A DNA stretch of 53,111 nucleotides from Glycomyces sp. (GTDB taxonomy: Bacteria; Actinomycetota; Actinomycetes; Mycobacteriales; Micromonosporaceae). Within the stretch, counting starts at the first letter, position 1. Every line of letters begins with the position of its first letter. Where the stretch lies: assembly GCA_036259435.1 (NCBI GenBank), contig DATABR010000067.1:1-53111 (forward strand), read 5' to 3'. The notes below the pieces were generated by a model, which was given only the letters and a program-made list of their open reading frames with translations, ran no database searches and was not told the DNA's origin. Shown in pieces: positions 19,071 through 28,363 of the stretch. A program made the translations under genes and the position numbers.

Positions 19071-19096
19071 TGAAAACGTTCTTAAGAACGATTTCA
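19071..19096. promoter_or_regulatory. 26-bp near-perfect palindrome (tandem LacI-type operator) upstream of the operon
   Basis: TGAAAACGTTCTTAAGAACGATTTCA, one mismatched pair, about 22 bp upstream of the lacI start. Confidence 0.8.
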
Positions 19097-19380
19097 CGGA
19101 CGATATCAGAGCCCGTCAATATTGTCACCTCCTGCAGTGGGACCGGCAGACGCTCCAGAGCCGCTCGGCGCTGCCCGAGGCGGTCCTCATCGGAGACGAT
19201 GGTCCCCGGCCGGAGACCACACCGTGGCCGCGAAGTCCGAGAACTGCCGGTACCCGGCTCGGCGAAAGCTGGGACGAAGTCGGCGCCCTCCTGAACACGG
19301 CGCCATCACCGAACGCTGACCACCTGCCAAGGTACGATCGACCACGCTCATTGCGACGAATCCACCCCGAGGACGCCACA

Positions 19381-20178
19381 GTGAAGACTGAGAATGCCAA
19401 GCCGTCACGGGACGCGGGCGCGCGGCTCGACGGTTCTCGGCACGAGCTGCTGACCGGCAAGTCCGTCGCCTCCGCTGCGGCGGTGGCCCTCGCACTCACC
19501 ACCGCCTTCATCTGGGAGTCGATGTCCGACAGCGCCCCCGCAGTCGACGCCGATTCGGCCGCGTTCGCCGACTCCGACTCCGACTCCGATTCGGCGGATG
19601 GTTCGAGTCCGTCGACCGCGCCGACCGAGTCGACCGGACCCGGACAGGAAAGCGAGTCGGCACCCGGCGAGGAGGAACGGACCGAGGAGACGACGTCTCC
19701 CGAGCCCGAATCCGATGCGACTGTCTCCCCGTCGGCTCCGCCGGCCCCGCCCGGGACCGGGGTCTACCGGGCCCGCCAGGAGGCCAGCGGCCTGTGCATG
19801 ACCTGGGGCGAGGAACCGGGCAACGACCGCAGCGTCATGGTGCTGGGCGACTGCGGCAGCACCGAGCCGGAACTGACCTGGGTCCAGGACGGCGACCGGT
19901 ACGAGGTCGAGATGGCCTTCGACGACTGGACACCCTGCATGACCGTCGACAACGGAGGCACCGAGGACGGCATGCTCGTGGGCTTCGACGGCTGCGACGG
20001 CCTCGACGCCCAGACATGGGAGCTCGCGCCGGTCGGCGACGCCTATCAGCTCCGGACGGCCGCGAGCGACGCCCTATGCCTGAGCGTCCTCAAGAGCTCG
20101 TCGGCCGAGTCCGGGGACGCGGTCGCTCTCCAGGACTGCGACTCCGGCGACGCGAAGCAGCGGTGGGCGCTCCTGTGA
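19381..20178 (+). CDS. Membrane-anchored/secreted protein with C-terminal ricin-type beta-trefoil lectin domain
   Basis: Hydrophobic segment, Ser/Asp/Pro-rich linker, then SGLCM...C...W / C...C...QTW / LCL...QDC...QRW repeats. Confidence 0.75.
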   Translation: MKTENAKPSRDAGARLDGSRHELLTGKSVASAAAVALALTTAFIWESMSDSAPAVDADSAAFADSDSDSDSADGSSPSTAPTESTGPGQESESAPGEEERTEETTSPEPESDATVSPSAPPAPPGTGVYRARQEASGLCMTWGEEPGNDRSVMVLGDCGSTEPELTWVQDGDRYEVEMAFDDWTPCMTVDNGGTEDGMLVGFDGCDGLDAQTWELAPVGDAYQLRTAASDALCLSVLKSSSAESGDAVALQDCDSGDAKQRWALL

Positions 20179-20211
20179 CCCGACTACCGTCCGCATGGGA
20201 CGGCTGTTGCT

Positions 20212-21603
20212 TCACAGCTCCTGATAGCAGATGAAGTAGTAGATCCGGTCGCTCTCGGGGTTCCACTCCCGACCTTCCCGGACCGCCGAGTCGGCCCAGT
20301 GGTACTCGTGCTCGATCCCGTCGTGCCCGCACGCTTGCCAAGCGGCGTCGTCATGGTTCGGCTGCTGCGGGCTCGGGTCCTCGGGATCGGTGACGATCCG
20401 GTAGACCCGTTTCGCCGCCGCCGGGGAGTCACAGGCGACGACCACGTAGCGGCTTGCGTCCGAGCTGAGGCACTCCCCCACGGTCGGCGCACGTTCGGCC
20501 TGCTCATCGCCGGTCACCGGTGCAACCGTCGGTTCGACCGACGCTTCAGTGACGCCGTATCGAGTGGCTTCCGCGTCAGGGCCGAACGCCAGGTAGGACA
20601 AGGCGCCCCCGAGCGCCAGCCCCGCCACCAGCAGCGCAGCGGTGGCGGCCAGGCTGCGACGCGGACGCGGAAGGCGGCCCCTGCCGCCGTTCGGCGGCCC
20701 GTCCTCGCCGTCGATACGGGCGGCCGCCCGGGAAACCGCCGCTGCCAGCTCCCCGCAGGTCCGGTACCGCCGGGCCCGGTCCGGACTCATCGCCTTCGCC
20801 GCGATCGCGTCGAACTCGGGCGACAGGTCGGGCCGGACCTCGGCGATCCGGGGCACCTCGCCTTTCCGCTGCAACTGGGCGACCATGACATCGTCGACCT
20901 GATCGAACGGCCGCTCCCCGGTCAGGCAGTGGAAGAGCACCGCCCCGAGCGAGTACACGTCGCCGGACCGATCGACCGGGTCGTCGGGCGAGGTCCTCGG
21001 ATGCGCCGACGGCGAGGCGCTGTAGACCTCCGGTGCGGTGTACCGGCGGGTGCCGATCGAATCCCCGGCACGGGTCAGGTCCTCGCCGACGGCGTGCTTC
21101 GCCACTCCGAAGTCGCTCAGGTAGACGTGATCGCCCGCGCCGAAGAGGATGTTGGCGGGCTTGACGTCGCGGTGTACCACGCCGCGGGCGTGCGCGAAGT
21201 CGAGCGCGCTCCCGACCTGGGTGATCACGCGCGCGGTCTCGATCGGATCGAGCGCGCCGTCCGCCAGTCGCGACCGCAGGTCCGCCTCGACGCGCGGCAT
21301 GACGAAGTAAAGGAGGCGGTCCTCCTTCCGCGCGGCGGCGATGACGTACATGACGTGGGGGTGCTCCAGGTTCGCCATGAGTTCGATCTCGCGCAGGAAC
21401 CGCTTGCGGAAATCGGGAACCGCGGCCAGGTAGTCCGCCATGATCTTGACCGCGACTTTGCGGTCGTGCAGCCTCGTGTCGGAGGCCAGGTAGACCCGGC
21501 TCATCGCGGTCGAACTCAGCGGCTCCGGATCGAGCCGGAATCCGGGCAGGAAGGCCTGGAGTTCAACAGAGGAAAGGAAGTCGCAGTCGGTGGTATCGTC
21601 CAT
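20212..21603 (-). CDS. Hanks-type Ser/Thr protein kinase with transmembrane helix and small Cys-containing extracellular domain
   Basis: VAVK, RFLRE, HRDVKPAN, SDFG, YTAPE, DVYSLG; TM LAATAALLVAGLALGGAL; GECL...VVAC...C extracellular part. Confidence 0.9.
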   Translation of the reverse strand: MDDTTDCDFLSSVELQAFLPGFRLDPEPLSSTAMSRVYLASDTRLHDRKVAVKIMADYLAAVPDFRKRFLREIELMANLEHPHVMYVIAAARKEDRLLYFVMPRVEADLRSRLADGALDPIETARVITQVGSALDFAHARGVVHRDVKPANILFGAGDHVYLSDFGVAKHAVGEDLTRAGDSIGTRRYTAPEVYSASPSAHPRTSPDDPVDRSGDVYSLGAVLFHCLTGERPFDQVDDVMVAQLQRKGEVPRIAEVRPDLSPEFDAIAAKAMSPDRARRYRTCGELAAAVSRAAARIDGEDGPPNGGRGRLPRPRRSLAATAALLVAGLALGGALSYLAFGPDAEATRYGVTEASVEPTVAPVTGDEQAERAPTVGECLSSDASRYVVVACDSPAAAKRVYRIVTDPEDPSPQQPNHDDAAWQACGHDGIEHEYHWADSAVREGREWNPESDRIYYFICYQEL

Positions 21604-21728
21604 CGTGCTTCGCTCGGGAATCCGGGGGGCGGTTTGCCTTCGACAAGGGTGCCATAGTTGTGGCCCTTCGTAATCGACGCCCCCGGCTCCCCGCGAATGC
21701 GTACGGCGGACGCCGATCTCCCCGGAGC

Positions 21729-21955
21729 TCAGCCGCTGAACGGCATCAACCGGGCGGTCTGAATCGAGGAGTCGCCGCCGGCTGCCGGGTAGGCGACGCT
21801 GCCGTCGTCGTAGGCCTTGAACGCCTGATAGTCGTGGTCGGGCACGTCGATGGCAAACTCGTCTCCCACCGCGTCGCCACTGCCGGCGCTGTAGAACCGT
21901 GCGGCGATCGCGTGTCCGGATTCCCACGCCAAGAGCATGTGGTCGGCCCCGCTTC
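21729..21955 (-). pseudogene. C-terminal remnant of an actinobacterial secreted hypothetical protein
   Basis: GADHMLLAWESG...VGDEFAIDVPDHDYQAFKAYDDGSVAYPAAG...ARLMP has coding-like codon use, but no N-terminus or signal peptide. Confidence 0.5.
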
Positions 21956-22085
21956 GATATGGTCCCCGGCGGCCGGAGTGCCGAAGGGTTATGAGTCTGG
22001 CAAACCGACCTTACCCACCGCAACCCGCGAACGGCCCTCCACCATGGAGGCGAAGACTTGTAGCGGAAGATTCGACGGAACGTAG

Positions 22086-22892
22086 TCAGGCCAAGGCCTG
22101 ATCGAAGGTTTCGCGGTGTGTGCAGACGAAGGCGTGTTCGCGCCTGCTCCAATCGATTCGCTCGATCAGCTGCTCGGTTGCGGCGGGGGCTGTTTCCTGT
22201 TCGACCTGGAACTCGGCCCAGAAACGCACGTTCCGCGCTTGACGTTCGAGGATGCCATCGACGAGAACGTGCCGCTCGGCGGGTTCGAGGCCGTAGGCGT
22301 CGGCGATGAGCCGGACCTGCTCGGCCTGGCGATGCAGCGGCGCGGCCTGCTTCGAGGAGATCGACCACGTCCAGGCGAAGTAGCCGACATCCTCCAGGCG
22401 GCTGCCGGGTGCGGCTTCGGCGAAGTCGATGAACGCGGTGGGGACGCCGTCCTGGAAGACGACGTTGTTCGGTCCGGGGTCGTGGTGGCACACCACGTCG
22501 AACCGCCCCGCCAGGTCGCTGCCGCGGGTCGCGTCGTGCATCCTTCGCAACAGCGCGGCCGCGGCCCGAACCTGACCGTCCGACCACACGCCGAATCGCG
22601 CGGGAACCTCGCCGGGAATGAAGGACAGCAGGTCCGCCCCGCGGTCGCGACCGAGGTACCTCGGCGCCCCGCTGAAGTTCCGGCGCTCGAGTAGTTTCAG
22701 CAGGGCGGCCATGAAATCGGAGGAGTCGCACACCGGCCTGCGCACCACGTCGCCGAGCCGGACGACACCGGTCGCGATCCGGCCTCCTGCGAGCGGCACG
22801 GCCGCAATCGGTTTGTCCATCATGGCAACACCTGACCAGCAGTCGCCGTCGGCGAACTCGAGATCCGGGACACCCGGCCCGTGCTTCGCCAT
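22086..22892 (-). CDS. Aminoglycoside phosphotransferase (APH/choline kinase-like) family protein
   Basis: LAGG...VVRLGDVVRRP, VCHHDPGPNN (Brenner-like motif), FIDF, APG.RL.D; TGATG overlap with the methyltransferase stop. Confidence 0.85.
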   Translation of the reverse strand: MAKHGPGVPDLEFADGDCWSGVAMMDKPIAAVPLAGGRIATGVVRLGDVVRRPVCDSSDFMAALLKLLERRNFSGAPRYLGRDRGADLLSFIPGEVPARFGVWSDGQVRAAAALLRRMHDATRGSDLAGRFDVVCHHDPGPNNVVFQDGVPTAFIDFAEAAPGSRLEDVGYFAWTWSISSKQAAPLHRQAEQVRLIADAYGLEPAERHVLVDGILERQARNVRFWAEFQVEQETAPAATEQLIERIDWSRREHAFVCTHRETFDQALA

Positions 22893-23677
22893 CAGGCTTT
22901 GGCCGCTACGGTTTCGAGGTAGTCGACGGGGAGCACGAAACCCCGCTCGTCACGATGCCCCATCCGGTCGAAGAGGTCGCGCAAGTCGGCGACGAGTTCG
23001 GGCCAGCGCCCGGTGGGCTCGACGGCCGCGCGGATGCCGAGCCAGGCCGGGTTGCCGCCGGTGATCTCGGACATCGCCTGGTCGAGGTCGTCCCACACGA
23101 CGTCGACCGCGAGCACCGTGCTCGCGAGGCGGACCGGTTGGGCCGCAAAAGTCTCGGCGACGCTGTCGGGTCGGTTCCAGTGCTCGACCGTAGAGGGGCC
23201 CGCGTCGTCCGGCAGGAAGCGCCGGGCGAGCGGGGACATCGCGCCGAAGGCCGAATCCGGCGTCCAGGCCAGTGCCGCGACGCGGCCGCCGGGGCGGCAG
23301 AGGCGTACGAGCTCGGCGGCCATCGCGGCCGGGTCGGGCGCGAACATGCATCCGAAGGTGGAGCCGACCAGGTCGAAGGCCTCGTCTTCGAAGGGGGGCG
23401 CGGTCATGTCGGCCTCGACCCACTCGACTGCAAGACCCGCCGCCCCGGCACGGCGTCGGGCGAGGTCCAGCAGAGCGGGGGCGGCGTCGAGGGCGGTCAC
23501 GCGAGCTCCCGCCTTCGCGGCGGCGATCGCGAACGGCGCTGGGCCGCAAGCGAGGTCGAGCACGTCGGTGCCCGGCTCGACGTGCGTTTCCGCGAGGCGG
23601 CGAGCGGCGGCCGCGAATCGGTCGCCGACGGCGGCGTAGTCGCCCTGGCTCCACATTTCTCCGGGCTTCACAGGCAC
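22892..23677 (-). CDS. Class I SAM-dependent methyltransferase
   Basis: MWSQGDY, VLDLACGP, EADM..PF.DEAFDLV, FGCMFAPD, CRPGG. Confidence 0.9.
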   Translation of the reverse strand: MPVKPGEMWSQGDYAAVGDRFAAAARRLAETHVEPGTDVLDLACGPAPFAIAAAKAGARVTALDAAPALLDLARRRAGAAGLAVEWVEADMTAPPFEDEAFDLVGSTFGCMFAPDPAAMAAELVRLCRPGGRVAALAWTPDSAFGAMSPLARRFLPDDAGPSTVEHWNRPDSVAETFAAQPVRLASTVLAVDVVWDDLDQAMSEITGGNPAWLGIRAAVEPTGRWPELVADLRDLFDRMGHRDERGFVLPVDYLETVAAKA

Positions 23678-23680
23678 TCC

Positions 23681-24365
<685 letters not shown>

Positions 24366-24422
24366 GCGCCGGTCGCCTCCAAGACCGTGCGCGGGCCGGT
24401 GAGAGGGCGCGCTACCGTGGCC

Positions 24423-24501
24423 GAACCGATTCAGTGCGCTCTTGCCCATTGACAACGATAAATCTCTTTGGATATGCTGATCTCTCGGCTTAACCGCTTC
24501 A
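24423..24501 (+). promoter_or_regulatory. Housekeeping-sigma-type promoter of the mannanase gene flanked by two LacI-like sites
   Basis: TTGACA (24449-24454), 18 bp, TATGCT (24473-24478); GAACCGATTCA (24423-24433) and TAACCGCTTCA (24491-24501). Confidence 0.6.
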
Positions 24502-24582
24502 GTACATGCAACCCCAGGTCACAGCCGTGTTCAGCGTTCAACCCCTTTCCTCACGGGGCCTTCTGTTCCAAAGGAGACGCAA

Positions 24583-26580
24583 GTGCCTTTCTCCTCCTTC
24601 CGCGCGCCGCGGCGCGCGGTGATCACCATGGGAGCCGCCGCCGTCGCGGCCGCTAGTGTGCCGCTCTCCGCCGCCGCGGGCGGCAATCGGGCCGACCGGG
24701 TCCGGATCGTCGACGACTGCGCGACCCGCGAGACCCGCGCGCTATTCCAGTACATGCTCCAGACGCAGGGCCAGGGCATCATGTTCGGCCACGAGCACAC
24801 CCTCACCGACGGGTTCACCTTCGACACGTACACCGCCGAGACCTCCGATGTGGAGGCCACCACCGGGGACTACCCGGCCGTGTTCGGCTGGGACACCCTC
24901 ATTCTCAACGGGTTCCAGAAGCCGGGTGTGTACGGCGGCACCGTCGAGGAGAACATCGAGGCCCTCAGCTGGGCCTTCGAGAAGTCCGACGCGCTCGGCG
25001 GCATCAACGTCCTGAGCGCCCACATGTACAACTTCGTCACCGGCGGCGACTTCTGGGACACCACGGGACGCGTGGTCAGCCAGATCCTGCCGGGCGGCGC
25101 GAAGCACGCCGACTTCAACGAGTTCCTCGACCGCATCGCCGCGGGCGTCAAAGGCGCCAGGCGACCCGACGGAACCTTGATCCCGGTGGTCTTCCGGCCC
25201 TTCCACGAGAACAGCGGCGGCTGGTTCTGGTGGGGCGCAGGCCATTGCACCTCGGCCGAGTTCATCGAGATCTTCCGCTACACCGTCGAATACCTGCGCG
25301 ACACCAAAAAGGTGCGCAACATGCTCTACTCGTACTCGCCGAACTCGGGCTTCGGTGCCGACCGCGATAGCTACCTCAAGACCTATCCCGGCGACGAGTT
25401 CGTGGACGTGCTCGGCTACGACGCCTACGACAACTCCGCGGGCTCGGCCGAATGGCTCGCTTCCACGGTGAAAGACCTGGCGATGGTCGTCGAGCTCGCC
25501 GCCGAGCGCGGCAAGGTCCCGGCCTTCACCGAGTTCGGCGAGTCCGGCGACGAGGGGCGCAACCTCACCTGGTTCACCGACCTCCTGGGCGCGCTCAAGG
25601 CCGACCCGAACGCGAGCCGCGTCTCCCACATGCTCACCTGGGCGAACTTCGGCGGGAACAACCGCGCGTACGTGCCCTTCCCCGGGCACGCCATGGAACC
25701 GGACTTCGTCGCCTACTACGAGGACCCGTTCTCGCTCTTCACCTCCGACCTGGACGGCGTCTACGACGGCCGCACCTACGCGGTGCCGAGCGCGCCGTTC
25801 ATGCACCTGGTGACCCCCACCGATCGCCAGCGCGTGACGACTGCCGAGACCACGATTCGGATGCGCCTGACCTCCGCATTCACATGGAAGGCGACCTTCT
25901 CGGTCGAAGGAGGTGCGCCCGTGGAGCTCACGCGGGACGCGGAGGGGTTCTATTCGGGCGAGTGGACGATCGATCCGTCCTGGCTGGACAACCGCTCGGT
26001 CACGGTCACGGTGAGCGCCAAGGTGCGGGGCAGGACGCTGACGGACTCGGCGCTGGTGTTGCTGGGCGAGGTCGAGCCGCTGCCGGCCGGCTGGATCGAC
26101 CACTTCGAAAGCTACGCCGGGGACGACGTCACGTTGAGCGAGGCGTACAGCCACGTCAACGCCAACACCACGACGCTGTCGACCGATCACAAGGCTTCCG
26201 GCTCGTATGGCCTGGCGTACTCGTACGACTTCACGAACGCGGGGTACACCGGCATCGGCAAGTCGGTGGGCGAGGACTGGAACGCCTTCAGTGCCTTGAA
26301 ACTCTGGCTGCAGGGCGACGGCTCCACGAACGGCGCGACCATTCAGGTGGTGGCGAAGGGCGCGTACTTCGAGTACAACGTGGGGCTGTCGAATACGAGC
26401 GGCGAGGAGGTCAACGCGCCGTTCACCGAGTTCAGGCCCGCGCCGTGGGACACAGGCCACGCGGACGAGCTGCTCGACGCCGAGCACCTGGCCGACGTGA
26501 CGGCGTTCAACCTGTACCTCGGGTACGGCGGGGCCACGGCCACGGGCACGGTCTACGTGGACGACATCCGGGCCGAATGA
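24583..26580 (+). CDS. Secreted endo-beta-1,4-mannanase, GH26, with Ig-like linker and C-terminal CBM
   Basis: Tat-like RRAVI signal; GIMFGHEH, FRPFHENSGGWFWWG (acid/base), DVLGYDAY, AFTEFG (nucleophile); C-terminal YVDDIRAE CBM end. Confidence 0.92.
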   Translation: MPFSSFRAPRRAVITMGAAAVAAASVPLSAAAGGNRADRVRIVDDCATRETRALFQYMLQTQGQGIMFGHEHTLTDGFTFDTYTAETSDVEATTGDYPAVFGWDTLILNGFQKPGVYGGTVEENIEALSWAFEKSDALGGINVLSAHMYNFVTGGDFWDTTGRVVSQILPGGAKHADFNEFLDRIAAGVKGARRPDGTLIPVVFRPFHENSGGWFWWGAGHCTSAEFIEIFRYTVEYLRDTKKVRNMLYSYSPNSGFGADRDSYLKTYPGDEFVDVLGYDAYDNSAGSAEWLASTVKDLAMVVELAAERGKVPAFTEFGESGDEGRNLTWFTDLLGALKADPNASRVSHMLTWANFGGNNRAYVPFPGHAMEPDFVAYYEDPFSLFTSDLDGVYDGRTYAVPSAPFMHLVTPTDRQRVTTAETTIRMRLTSAFTWKATFSVEGGAPVELTRDAEGFYSGEWTIDPSWLDNRSVTVTVSAKVRGRTLTDSALVLLGEVEPLPAGWIDHFESYAGDDVTLSEAYSHVNANTTTLSTDHKASGSYGLAYSYDFTNAGYTGIGKSVGEDWNAFSALKLWLQGDGSTNGATIQVVAKGAYFEYNVGLSNTSGEEVNAPFTEFRPAPWDTGHADELLDAEHLADVTAFNLYLGYGGATATGTVYVDDIRAE

Positions 26581-26605
26581 GTCCGGGCCTCTCGGCCGCA
26601 TGAGC

Positions 26606-26645
26606 ACGAGCCCGGGCCGGAGATCGCTCCTCGGCCCGGGCTCGT
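26606..26645. terminator. Stem-loop terminator
   Basis: ACGAGCCCGGGCCG (26606-26619) / CGGCCCGGGCTCGT (26632-26645), perfect 14-bp stem. Confidence 0.75.
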
Positions 26646-26656
26646 CCCGTGCGCGG

Positions 26657-28264
26657 TCAGATCAGGCCGGCGCGTCCATGATCTTGGGCTGCTCCATCGC
26701 CGTCTGGTATTCGGGTGCTCCCATGCGCCGCATGGCCTCCTCGGGGCTCGGTGCTTCGACCCGTTCCCGGAGCCACCACACGTTCCCGAACGGGTCGCGC
26801 AGCCTGCCGATCCGGTCGCCCCAGGCTTGGACGTCGGTCATCGGAGTGGCGACGGTCGCGCCCTCGTCGACCGCCCGCTGGAGCACGGCGTCGGCGTCTT
26901 CGACGTAGAGCCGCAGCATGTCCGGGGTGTCGGCCTTGAACGGCGTATCGAACATCATCACGATCGAGGTGCCGATGACACTTCGGCGTGTCGTGGCTCG
27001 CTTTCGCTTGTGGGGCGGGTCCGAGACCAGCATATAAGAACGGAATGATTTGTTCCACTGTCGACGGGCTGAGGTTGATGGCGTTCGCCCTGACGATCTC
27101 GAGAGCGCGGGCGACCGCGCCGATGCTCACCACGCCGCCGCCGAGCTGGGACGCGACGAGTTCCGGCGCGGGCGGATGGGTCAGTTCGTCGAGCCTTGCG
27201 GCCGTTCGCGGCAGGAGCAGGTCGAGGGATTCGGCGACCGCACCGGAGAAGACGATGCGCTCGACATCGAGCAGCCCACCGAGGACCGCACAGATGCGGG
27301 CCAGCCGCTCGGCCATCCGGTCGATGAGGGCCAGCGCGGCCTGGTCGCCGGATTCGGCGGCGCGGAAGACGACTTCGGCGCCCAGGCGGGACCTCGGGGT
27401 CGTCATGAGCGGGCTCGTCTTGTCTACGGTGCCCGATGCCCGCAGTTCGAGCGCCCACTCCCGCAGCAGGGCGCCGATGCCGAAGGTCGATCCGACGCCT
27501 TCCACGAGCGACAGCAGCCGCAACTCCCCCGCGGCGCCGCGCCTGCCGCGCACGAGGCGCCCGTCCACCACATACCCGGCGCCGAACCGCTCCCCCGACA
27601 TCAGCGTGATGTACGAGGACGCGCCCACGCCCGCACCGAGCGCGCCTTCGGCGAGCGCGGCCAGGTTGGCGTCGTTCTCGACCTCGGTGAGCAGGCCGCG
27701 CTCGCGGAAATGGGCCGCATAGCCGGGGTTCATGCGAGACCAGAACTCGTATTCGCCTTCGGGCGATCGGCCCTCGCGGTCGGTCGGCGCGGGCACGCCC
27801 GCGGCGACGCACATGACCGCCTCCTTCGGAACGCCTGCGAGTCGGAGCGCCTGGTCGATGGTCTTGTCGGCGGCAGCCACCCGGGCTGAGCCGCTGTGTC
27901 CGTCGGGGTCGATTTCGGTGTAGGTGCGAGCGAGCGCGCGGCCGCGCAGGTCCGCGACGTTCGCGGTGATGCAGTGCTGGCCGGCGTCGACGCCGACGAC
28001 CGCCCCGGCGTCGGCGCGCAGCGCGTAGCGGCGGGCCGGGCGACCCTTGCGGTACTCCCCCGCGGCGCGGGCGTTCGGGAGCTCGCAGAGCCAGCCGCGC
28101 TCGACCAGTTCGTCGCACAGGGCGATGACGGTGGAACGGGTGAGACGGGTCGCGGCCATCCCGTCGGCCGCGGTGAAGGCCTCGGCGTCCCAGGCCTGGT
28201 CCAGCACGGCGGCGGCGTTCACGCGCTTTTGCGAGAACGCGTTTCGCTCATCGAGTTCGGCCAC
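26657..28264 (-). CDS. ROK family transcriptional regulator (domain ends near 27060; ORF reads through without a stop)
   Basis: N-terminal HTH (TRLTRSTV..LCDELVERG), GRPA, VVGVDAG, ENDANLAALAE, GAAGE, IGA. Confidence 0.85.
   Translation of the reverse strand: MAELDERNAFSQKRVNAAAVLDQAWDAEAFTAADGMAATRLTRSTVIALCDELVERGWLCELPNARAAGEYRKGRPARRYALRADAGAVVGVDAGQHCITANVADLRGRALARTYTEIDPDGHSGSARVAAADKTIDQALRLAGVPKEAVMCVAAGVPAPTDREGRSPEGEYEFWSRMNPGYAAHFRERGLLTEVENDANLAALAEGALGAGVGASSYITLMSGERFGAGYVVDGRLVRGRRGAAGELRLLSLVEGVGSTFGIGALLREWALELRASGTVDKTSPLMTTPRSRLGAEVVFRAAESGDQAALALIDRMAERLARICAVLGGLLDVERIVFSGAVAESLDLLLPRTAARLDELTHPPAPELVASQLGGGVVSIGAVARALEIVRANAINLSPSTVEQIIPFLYAGLGPAPQAKASHDTPKCHRHLDRDDVRYAVQGRHPGHAAALRRRRRRRAPAGGRRGRDRRHSDDRRPSLGRPDRQAARPVRERVVAPGTGRSTEPRGGHAAHGSTRIPDGDGAAQDHGRAGLI
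26662..26990 (-). pseudogene. VOC/glyoxalase (PhnB-like) gene remnant
   Basis: HAEV (frameshift near 26980) VIGTSIVMMFD...LRLYVEDADA...WGDRIGRLRDPFGNVWW; N-terminal part absent. Confidence 0.75.
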
Positions 28265-28269
28265 GCCTC

Positions 28270-28332
28270 TTGACACCTCGCCTCTCCGTAGTTCAGTATG
28301 ACGGAAGAGTTGATTTAATTGTTAGATTTAAT
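28270..28332. promoter_or_regulatory. Divergent ROK/GH13 promoter with AT-rich direct repeats
   Basis: TTGACA at 28270-28275; GATTTAAT at 28312-28319 and 28325-28332. Confidence 0.5.
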
Positions 28333-28363
28333 CGTGATAGCAACCAGCGAAAGGCTCTCGTCC

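Noticed and set aside
19570-19593. (GACTCC)n microsatellite as a phase-variation tract
   Set aside because: In-frame hexamer encoding a DSDSDS linker; length changes would not shift the frame.
20212-22731. 839-aa giant kinase ORF
   Set aside because: Kinase similarity begins at 21603. The upstream part is an off-frame read of the phosphotransferase gene and intergenic DNA.
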